Of a stretch of DNA of 32,000 nucleotides, positions 1 to 6,068 are shown one piece after another. The notes below the pieces were generated by a model that saw only the letters and a list, made by a program, of their open reading frames with translations, made no database searches and had not been told where the DNA came from. How positions within the stretch are numbered: position 1 is the first letter of the stretch; each line of letters opens with the position of its first letter. Origin of the DNA: Candidatus Kuenenia stuttgartensis (GTDB lineage Bacteria > Planctomycetota > Brocadiia > Brocadiales > Brocadiaceae). A program made the position numbers and the translations under genes. The DNA lies in assembly GCF_900232105.1 (NCBI RefSeq), contig NZ_LT934425.1:510001-542000 (forward strand). The letters are read 5' to 3'.

Positions 1-27
1 GATTAAGCGAATTAAACTGCTGAATCC
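1..27. repeat. Three degenerate units of the 9-bp GTTTAAGCN minisatellite at the window edge
   Basis: GATTAAGCg AATTAAACt GCTGAATCc has the same unit length and consensus as the arrays at 487-612, 980-1078 and 1268-1330. It overlaps the stop codon of the 12..467 gene. Confidence 0.45.
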
Positions 28-467
28 TTTTTTGTATTCATTTTATTCATGATTTCATCCAGTGTCTCTTTCACACTCTTTCTCTTCGGCATCTTGTACT
101 TGGATCCTTTGTACCTGCTGCCTTTCAGGTGATTCATGAAGTTGTTAATCATTATTGAGATACGCTTGCATTGTTCAATGAGGGGTTTTAATTCATTCTG
201 GTCAATATAGTTCTGATCTCCTGCTATATACAACTGGCATCGTACCTCACCACAAGAACCTTTAGCAATTGATAAAAACTGTATGAATTCCTGGTTGCCG
301 CCCCTTTCATAGCCTTCGGCTATGTTAGACATGATGGAGACAGATGCACGCCGGATCTGGTCTCTGAGGCCGTAGTCTTTTGAGAAGGTACCGTCTTTTG
401 TAATCCCGTAAATCTTGTTTGTTAGTTCTCTTGCTGACTTCCAAACTTCAAGGTCTTCGAAGTACAT
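12..467 (-). CDS. Four-helix-bundle protein (23S rRNA intervening-sequence protein family)
   Basis: 151-aa ORF. The pattern EVWKSARELTNKIY ... DQIRRASVSIMSNIAEGYERGGNQEFIQFLSIAKGSCGEVRCQLYIA is the hallmark of the TIGR02436-type four-helix-bundle family. It has an atypical Lys-rich C-terminal extension of about 30 aa. Confidence 0.85.
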   Translation of the reverse strand: MYFEDLEVWKSARELTNKIYGITKDGTFSKDYGLRDQIRRASVSIMSNIAEGYERGGNQEFIQFLSIAKGSCGEVRCQLYIAGDQNYIDQNELKPLIEQCKRISIMINNFMNHLKGSRYKGSKYKMPKRKSVKETLDEIMNKMNTKKDSAV

Positions 468-486
468 GTCTGCCTCCTTTTAGAAA

Positions 487-612
487 ATTAAGCCGGTTAA
501 AAATGGTTTAAGCAGTTTAAGCAGTTTAAACCGCTTAGACCGTTCAATCCGATTAAACAGTTTGAGCTGTTCAAGCTGTTTGAATGGTTTCCACAGTTTG
601 AACCACTTCCAC
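487..612. repeat. Degenerate 9-bp tandem array (about 14 units) spanning the cas6 stop codon
   Basis: The sequence reads in strict 9-nt phase: ggtttaagc agtttaagc agtttaaac cgcttagac cgttcaatc cgattaaac agtttgagc tgttcaagc tgtttgaat ggtttccac agtttgaac cacttccac. It encodes the last ~13 residues of Cas6 (VVQTVETIQTA) and fills most of the spacer to the next gene. Confidence 0.75.
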
Positions 613-1548
613 ATACCCACACCCCATGCTATTATTTTGCCCAAAGCCGCATTCCAGACCGATCCTGATTAATTCTTTTGGGCCGGTTACGGTAAAGGGC
701 TGTAATGTCCCTTTTATATGGATGGGATTCACACTGCCGTCCAATCCCTTCTTGAAGACGGTAAACTGTTTCACAGACTTCCCTTTTGTTTCAAGAAAAC
801 AAAATTTCAGAGTTTCTCCCTGATACGGTTTACCAAAGAGGGTCTCGTACTTATGCATAAGGTTTTGATTCAAGAGTTCTTCGTATCCGTTATCACCCGG
901 GAACAAATAAATATCCTGCTGACCCGGAGGCATGGGTTTTTTAATGAAGAGGGGAGATTCTAAGGGTTTTAATGATAAACCGTTTAAACCGTTTAAGCCG
1001 TTTAAGCCGTTTAAGCCGTTTAAGCCGTTTAAGCCGTTTAAGCCGTTTGAACTGTTTACGCTGTTTGAACTGCTTGAACCCGTTGTTGTCTCCAACGGAT
1101 CCGTCAGGGTTTCTACCCGACATACGCTGAATGTTTGTTTGCCAAGCCGCACCTCCTGGCCCTCTCCGAATATACCCTCTATCAAGTGTTGAATGAATTT
1201 ATCTACGGGTGATGCAATCTGAAAGGAAAGGGTGAAGGGGGAAAGATGAGAGGATTTAAAGGAGAAACCGTTTAAGCCGTTCAAGCCGAGAAAACGGTTT
1301 AAACCGTTTAAACCGTTTAAGCGGTTTGAACGGATGATTTTGATAGGACAGTAGAATGATATACCTGAAAAGACAAAGAGCTTAAACCGCTTGTCTTTTT
1401 TATAGGCGAAGCCCTGCTGATGAAGCCATTGGGCATAGTCAGGGTTTGACATGGACAGGAAACTATAGATGATGGCCTGTATCTGGTGTTGATAGTTGAA
1501 GTCGATGATGCCGGATTTATCTGCCGTGAAGGTTATTTTTATCCTCAT
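571..1548 (-). CDS. cas6: CRISPR-associated endoribonuclease Cas6 (RAMP), with two in-frame low-complexity insertions
   Basis: The ORF track gives 571..1614; I place the start at ATG 1548 (MRIKITF...). The N-terminal RRM pattern is NYQHQIQAIIYSFL...WLHQQG...FKLFVFS. The C-terminal glycine-rich loop IGLECGFGQNNSMGCGYVEV matches the Cas6 GxGxxxxxGxG motif (compare P. furiosus Cas6 VGYEVGFGEKNSLGFGMVKV). Confidence 0.85.
   Translation of the reverse strand: MRIKITFTADKSGIIDFNYQHQIQAIIYSFLSMSNPDYAQWLHQQGFAYKKDKRFKLFVFSGISFYCPIKIIRSNRLNGLNGLNRFLGLNGLNGFSFKSSHLSPFTLSFQIASPVDKFIQHLIEGIFGEGQEVRLGKQTFSVCRVETLTDPLETTTGSSSSNSVNSSNGLNGLNGLNGLNGLNGLNGLNGLSLKPLESPLFIKKPMPPGQQDIYLFPGDNGYEELLNQNLMHKYETLFGKPYQGETLKFCFLETKGKSVKQFTVFKKGLDGSVNPIHIKGTLQPFTVTGPKELIRIGLECGFGQNNSMGCGYVEVVQTVETIQTA
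980..1078. repeat. 9-bp tandem repeat (ccgtttaag)n, 11 units, inside cas6
   Basis: There are seven near-perfect units (980-1042), then four degenerate units (ccgtttgaa ctgtttacg ctgtttgaa ctgcttgaa). On the minus strand it encodes SNSVNSSNGLNGLNGLNGLNGLNGLNGLNGL, located in the linker between the two Cas6 RRM halves. Confidence 0.9.
1268..1330. repeat. Second 9-bp tandem array (7 units) inside cas6
   Basis: The units are ccgtttaag ccgttcaag ccgagaaaa cggtttaaa ccgtttaaa ccgtttaag cggtttgaa. They encode RSNRLNGLNGLNRFLGLNGLNG in a loop of the N-terminal RRM. Confidence 0.85.
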
Positions 1549-1621
1549 AATTAATGACACCAAAACTTGCTCTTGGCTTGTATAGAGATTACAGGAAATA
1601 GACAGGAAAATCATTTTTCAA

Positions 1622-1779
1622 GGGTAGCTGGCTAAGTATAATAGCACTTTACAGGAACAAATCAATACAAAATCATGTTGCTACGTCTTAGAATAAATGC
1701 TCCAAAAATGCCCAATTAGTCTCAGAATATTTGAGTCTAATACCCAGCAAATGATTTGAAAAATCTTACCCAGCTACCC
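1622..1779. repeat. 15-bp inverted repeat flanking a ~128-bp AT-rich spacer, followed by a T-run
   Basis: GGGTAGCTGGCTAAG (1622-1636) pairs with CTTACCCAGCTACCC (1765-1779) at 14/15 positions, and ccgcc plus T8 follows. It lies directly upstream of cas6. Confidence 0.5.
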
Positions 1780-2084
1780 CGCCTTTTTTTTATCCTGCGT
1801 AAGTATTTCACTTGATTTTTTGTTCACGTTAAGAAAAATACATCGTTTACCCCGTTAGAAAGAAGTTCCGTCCGTAAGGCGGAGTAAAGCCTCATTAAAT
1901 AGTTTGGAAGGGGTTAAAACCACTTCCAAACTTCCTAACGGCGGTTTACTTCCCAGTTCCCCGTTTTCACGAGGACAAGTTTTGTAAGATTTTTCCGGAA
2001 CATAAAAAACTCAGGGCAGGAGGACCGAACGTTGGGAAACTTCATCCTCCTGCCCATTTCCCCCCTATACAAAGGAGGCAGTGC

Positions 2085-2723
2085 GTGAATATTATAGAAA
2101 AAATCCACAAGCATGAAAAGCTTATTGCGACAAAACAGAAGCCATGCTTTTGTCCAAAGTGCAAGAGTACCCATGTCAATTTCACCCTTCATGAATGCAG
2201 ATATCGGTTGTTTCACGTTATTATCGACTCCCTTGTTCATACGATAGAATCTTTCCTGGGACGTTGGAAATGTTCCTTGTGCAAGAAGACGTTTACTTCC
2301 TATCCTGAGTATGCGCTCCCTTACAAGCGGTACGTAAAGGATCACTGTCTCTCCTTCAGTCAGGCTTATGTCAAAGATGATACAGAAACCTACCGGAGTG
2401 TCTCCTCTGCCATCGGATATACTACCCGAACACAGGAAATAGACAACCGCATGCTTGCCTGGTCAACCGTTTGGAGGTGGCTGCGTTTCTTTGGCTCACT
2501 GAAATACACACTCCGCAACGCCTTTGACCTCATCAGGCAGGCCGACCCCAACTCTCCGGTTTTTCGCCAAATGTTTCCCATTTACCACGGAAAGTATAAA
2601 AGCAAACAACGAAAAACCTCCCTCGATCAATCGATTCAATTGTTCAGCGCCGAGCCGGAATATCACCGAATTTTTGGGCATTCATTTTTCCCCGAACTGG
2701 CAACAAAAAGCGGCTGGTCTTGA
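2085..2723 (+). CDS. Zinc-ribbon protein, DUF6431-like transposon accessory protein
   Basis: GTG start 6 nt after AGGAGG. CPKC...(37 aa)...CSLC with the pattern H-x-C-R-Y-R ... R-W-K-C-x2-C-x2-T ... P-x-K-R-Y, which I recall from DUF6431 proteins found next to Mu-type transposases. Confidence 0.55.
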   Translation: MNIIEKIHKHEKLIATKQKPCFCPKCKSTHVNFTLHECRYRLFHVIIDSLVHTIESFLGRWKCSLCKKTFTSYPEYALPYKRYVKDHCLSFSQAYVKDDTETYRSVSSAIGYTTRTQEIDNRMLAWSTVWRWLRFFGSLKYTLRNAFDLIRQADPNSPVFRQMFPIYHGKYKSKQRKTSLDQSIQLFSAEPEYHRIFGHSFFPELATKSGWS

Positions 2724-2730
2724 GTTACAA

Positions 2731-2758
2731 TCACCTCCACACTTAAAAAAGGAGGTGA
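2731..2758 (+). promoter_or_regulatory. Anti-SD hairpin occluding the transposase ribosome-binding site
   Basis: TCACCTCC (2731-2738) is the perfect reverse complement of GGAGGTGA (2751-2758), with a 12-nt loop. The 3' arm is the SD for the ATG at 2762. Confidence 0.45.
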
Positions 2759-2761
2759 ATT

Positions 2762-3214
2762 ATGAAATCGAAAGACGAAAAATGGGCTTTATTCTGGTGC
2801 AATCTTCTGCATCCTGTCATCTTCGGTGAGATTGAGAAGGAGCAGACCAACCTTTTTCTGAAAAAACTCTGCCTTCAGGAGGTCGTATTCCCCAACGGAA
2901 AGCGGAAAAGACCCACTATCTCTACCCTCAGGAGAAAACTCAACCGCTACCGCAAAGATGGATTTCAATCTCTTGCAAGAAAGGCGAGGAGCGACCGTGG
3001 CGCATCCAGAAGGTTTTCTCCTGAAATTATCGACAAAGCCGTTGAACTCAAAAAAGAACAACCACGCCGCAGCGACGATTGCCTCAACCGCTTTCTTGAG
3101 AAATACTATGGGAAAACGATCCCCAAATCCACCCTCTACCGCCATCTCAGACTCGCAGGGGCGACCCGGCTCAAACTCGGCGTCTCACAGCAAAAGGTGC
3201 GTATACGCTCTTAG
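2762..3214 (+). CDS. Mu/TnsB-type transposase, N-terminal HTH DNA-binding part (frame 1 of a frameshifted gene)
   Basis: 150-aa ORF with basic HTH-like segments (TISTLRRKLNRYRKDGFQSLARK; IPKSTLYRHLRLAG). It ends at TAG 3212-3214, immediately before the catalytic-core homology resumes in the +1 frame. Confidence 0.7.
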   Translation: MKSKDEKWALFWCNLLHPVIFGEIEKEQTNLFLKKLCLQEVVFPNGKRKRPTISTLRRKLNRYRKDGFQSLARKARSDRGASRRFSPEIIDKAVELKKEQPRRSDDCLNRFLEKYYGKTIPKSTLYRHLRLAGATRLKLGVSQQKVRIRS

Positions 3215-4322
3215 CCGTGAGCATACCCACGACCTCTGGATTGGCGACTTCCAGGAAGGCCCTTTCGTGCTCGTTGACGGCGAGGCGCTTCCCACAAACC
3301 TCTGTCTCTTTATCGACTGCTACAGCCGTTATGTGGTCGAAGGACGGTATTATCTCAAACAAACCCTCGATATCCTTATCGATTCTCTCATCAGGGCCTG
3401 GACTATCCACGGCTCGCCCAAAGAACTCTACCTCGACAATGCCAAGGTCTACCACTCTGACGCCATGCGCTCTGCCTGTTACAACCTCGGCATTAAACTC
3501 ATCCACAGACCACCACGCGACCCTGCTCCCGGCGGACTGGTCGAACGTTTCTTCGGCACCAGCCAGACACAGTTCGAGTCGGAAGTCCGCTCCGGCGACA
3601 TTATCACCCTTGATGCCATTAACCAGGCCTTCTCCGCTTACCTTGCCGTTGTCTATCACGCAAGAATCCACTCCGAAACCAATCAATCTCCAAAACAACG
3701 CTACGACGAGGGGCTTACCGTCATCCGACACGTCGATATGGACGCCGCTCTTGCCTTCTTCATGAAACGCATCCCCAGAACCGTTGACAGAACCTTTGCC
3801 GATGTCCGCATTGATAACCGCTTTTACCGTGTTGACCCCAAACTCAGAGGCGATAAAGTAGAAGTCCGTTACGACCCATACGGCGATCTCAAAAAGGTCT
3901 TGATCTATTCCGCAAACGGTGAATACCTCGGCTCGGGAAATCTCTACCTGCGCGACCAGGGCGCTGAAACTCCAGCCGCCTCACCTTCAAAACCAAAACA
4001 TAATTACCTCGACCTTATCACTCAGAAACACAAATCCATTCTCCAGGCTCAGGCCAAAGGCATTGATTACCACCAAATCATCTCCGAACGACCCTGGCCA
4101 TTCATGGCATTCGTCCAGAAACTCGCACTCCTCATGGGACACAAAGGCTCTCTCTCCGCCTTCAGCTCTCATGAACTCGAATCGCTTAAAAAATGCTACA
4201 ACCGTATCCCCGCTCTCAACGAATCATTGCTCACGGAGGCATTCCAAAATGCCTCCGTGAAAACCTTACCCTATATCATTCGTGAATTACAAATCGCTTA
4301 CTCGAAAAAGGAGGTCTCTTAA
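2958..4322 (+). CDS. Mu/TnsB/TniA-type DDE transposase, catalytic core plus Mu-transposase C-terminal domain (frame 2; meaningful sequence starts near 3216)
   Basis: The rve-type DDE triad is seen in context: HDLWIGDF, ELYLDNAKVYHS, GGLVERFFGT. The C-terminal pattern DNRFYRVDPKLRGDKVEVRYDPYGDLKKVLIY is typical of Mu-transposase C-terminal domains. There is no plausible start codon downstream of the 3214 stop in this frame. Confidence 0.8.
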   Translation: MDFNLLQERRGATVAHPEGFLLKLSTKPLNSKKNNHAAATIASTAFLRNTMGKRSPNPPSTAISDSQGRPGSNSASHSKRCVYALSREHTHDLWIGDFQEGPFVLVDGEALPTNLCLFIDCYSRYVVEGRYYLKQTLDILIDSLIRAWTIHGSPKELYLDNAKVYHSDAMRSACYNLGIKLIHRPPRDPAPGGLVERFFGTSQTQFESEVRSGDIITLDAINQAFSAYLAVVYHARIHSETNQSPKQRYDEGLTVIRHVDMDAALAFFMKRIPRTVDRTFADVRIDNRFYRVDPKLRGDKVEVRYDPYGDLKKVLIYSANGEYLGSGNLYLRDQGAETPAASPSKPKHNYLDLITQKHKSILQAQAKGIDYHQIISERPWPFMAFVQKLALLMGHKGSLSAFSSHELESLKKCYNRIPALNESLLTEAFQNASVKTLPYIIRELQIAYSKKEVS

Positions 4323-4324
4323 CC

Positions 4325-5116
4325 ATGTTTACTTCTCATTTTTCCATGACTACTCAGCCGTTCTCTGAAAGAATCAACACCAGCCTTATCATGAAAGACG
4401 AACGCTTTACCCAGGGGCTTGCACGACTCCAATACCTCTTACACTCAGGCTCTATCGCCGTCCTCTACGGACAGACGGGAGTCGGAAAATCCACACTCCT
4501 CAAACTCTTCCTCTCACAAATCCCCCAAAACCTGTTTCTCCCCATCTACCTCCATTTTACCCACCTAAAATCATCCAGCCTTCTCTCCTTAATCGTCTCC
4601 CAGCTCGGTGAAATACCAAAACACACCAAAGACCGGCTCTTCCTCCAAATTATGGATAAATCCTTGCGCTCAAATCTCACTCCCATTATCGTTATCGACG
4701 AGGCTCATCTCCTGAAAACCGACGCCATCACAGACCTCAGACTCCTTGTCAGCTCTCCGCTTGATTCTTCCACTCATCTCAAAATCATCCTCTCGGGACA
4801 GGAACACCTCAAATATATCCTCAAAAGAGACATCCATGCCGACTTCGCACAACGCATCTCGGTACATTACCACATTCATCCCCTTACTAAAACTCAAACC
4901 GCTGCATACATAGACTTCCATCTGAAATCTTCCGGCGCATCCGATAAAATCTTTGACTCAGACGTCAAAGACCTGATCCATGAGTTCTCCGCCGGCATCC
5001 CAAGGCAAATCAACGCCATTTCCACCGCCTGCCTGATTAACGCTTCCATCAGACAATCACAGAAAATTACCCAGGATATCTTCCATCAGGCTCTTGCTGA
5101 AATTCAATCTTTTTAA
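4325..5116 (+). CDS. AAA+ ATPase, ExeA/TniB/MuB-like transposition helper
   Basis: Walker A YGQTGVGKST and Walker B IIVIDEAHLL. The start lies 2 nt after the transposase stop, with an AAGGAGGTC SD. Confidence 0.8.
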   Translation: MFTSHFSMTTQPFSERINTSLIMKDERFTQGLARLQYLLHSGSIAVLYGQTGVGKSTLLKLFLSQIPQNLFLPIYLHFTHLKSSSLLSLIVSQLGEIPKHTKDRLFLQIMDKSLRSNLTPIIVIDEAHLLKTDAITDLRLLVSSPLDSSTHLKIILSGQEHLKYILKRDIHADFAQRISVHYHIHPLTKTQTAAYIDFHLKSSGASDKIFDSDVKDLIHEFSAGIPRQINAISTACLINASIRQSQKITQDIFHQALAEIQSF

Positions 5117-5127
5117 GGAGGTCTACC

Positions 5128-5430
5128 ATGGCCCGTCTCTTTTCCCCTCAACTCTTGCGCTCATTACGAAACGATATCCCCATCGATCGACTCATCGCTG
5201 ATGTCCTCTCCATACCTCATAAATACTCCGAAGGCTATTTCCGCTTCCTCTGCCCTCTCTGTTCTGAATTTAATTCCGCCACCAACCCAAATACGAACCT
5301 CGCCAGGTGTTTCCGTTGTAAAAAAAACTTTAATACCATCGACATCGTCATGGTAGATTCCAACTCCTCTTTCCCAGATGCTGTCTATCTGCTAAAATCC
5401 GTTTTACCTCAATATATTAATTCCACTTAA
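5128..5430 (+). CDS. Small primase-type (CHC2-like) zinc-finger protein
   Basis: FLCPLCSEFNSATNPNTNLARCFRCKKNFNTIDIVM follows the DnaG zinc-finger layout (CPxH/CxE...S......CFxC....D). It has an AAGGAGGTC SD. Confidence 0.6.
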   Translation: MARLFSPQLLRSLRNDIPIDRLIADVLSIPHKYSEGYFRFLCPLCSEFNSATNPNTNLARCFRCKKNFNTIDIVMVDSNSSFPDAVYLLKSVLPQYINST

Positions 5431-5856
5431 TCTGAGAATTCCAGGTTCATTTATTGTGGGGCTTAGCATCATGTAAACGAAAACACCTCTATATCTATTC
5501 TTAAAGGTCTTGCTATAAGGCATAATCTATCTCTTCCACAACCTTGTAGTAAGACAAAAGATCAGCCTCTATAGGTGCACTACCGATTTTTTGTAACTCT
5601 TTACACCAGACTGTCGGCAGACTGGTACTGTATTACAAGTATCCTGCTTGTGATATTTTTAGCTCAAGCTGGAAGTTTGAGTTACTATTCCCCCCTACTT
5701 GCTTTTTTACAAAAAACCGGGAATGCATCCGTTTTAACTATTGGGAACTTACGACCCCTGATTGCTCAGACCACGCTCCCTTGAACTGCCGGGATGAACA
5801 GATAATTCCCAGGACGGGACTTTTACCCGTATGAATAAACAAATGTTACTACGTAC

Positions 5857-5897
5857 GGACACTTCCCATATTAATTTTTGAAATAAGGGAAGTGTCC
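5857..5897. other. 11-bp perfect stem-loop
   Basis: GGACACTTCCC (5857-5867) and GGGAAGTGTCC (5887-5897) flank a 19-nt AT-rich loop. It may be a terminator or an element-end structure. Confidence 0.35.
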
Positions 5898-6068
5898 TTC
5901 TATTCTCAAAAAGAGGGAAAATATTGTTGGCAACGGCTACAAGATGGTATTATGATGACGTATAGAGGGAACTTATGAATCGTCCATTTGAAATATTGAC
6001 AGACAATACACCGTCGTTGCCATTATTACGTTTATAGACATCTTAAACAACATACATGAGGGTTTGTT

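Larger units (their letters stand above)
2085..5430 (+). mobile_element. Mu/Tn7/Tn5053-like transposition module (minimum extent; ends not identified)
   Basis: Four co-oriented, tightly spaced genes, each preceded by a consensus SD (AAGGAGG): zinc ribbon, DDE transposase, AAA ATPase, zinc finger. The coding strand is visibly C-rich and G-poor compared with the flanking DNA. Confidence 0.75.

Noticed and set aside
586-620. Three phased 9-mers ending in CCACA (GTTTCCACA, ACTTCCACA, ATACCCACA) that resemble DnaA boxes and might indicate oriC
   Set aside because: Each matches TTATCCACA at only 6-7 of 9 positions. They are simply degenerate units of the nonamer satellite, they lie inside the cas6 coding sequence, and no dnaA/dnaN or AT-rich unwinding context is present.
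932-1192. ORFs 932..1192 (+, FKPFKPF...) and 941..1123 (-, LKRLKRLK...)
   Set aside because: These are alternative-frame translations of the 9-bp repeat inside cas6, with no independent support.
487-1330. Could the tandem repeats near cas6 be a CRISPR array?
   Set aside because: The unit length is 9 bp with no spacers. The arrays are head-to-tail minisatellites, two of them inside the cas6 reading frame. Nothing resembling 25-40-bp repeats separated by unique spacers occurs anywhere in the window.
3205-3216. prfB-like programmed +1 frameshift as the preferred explanation of the transposase split
   Set aside because: The stop-codon context is suggestive, but tRNA re-pairing from UCU to CUU is poor and I see no upstream SD-like stimulator. 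A single-base insertion or read error is more parsimonious. I kept it as a finding to be tested, not as a call.
3171-3765. Long overlapping ORFs 3171..3731 (-) and 3217..3765 (+), and also 3919..4260 (+), within the transposase gene
   Set aside because: They are by-products of the skewed, stop-poor composition of this segment. Their products are low-complexity Ser/Thr/Pro/Ala-rich, and the DDE frame explains the region.
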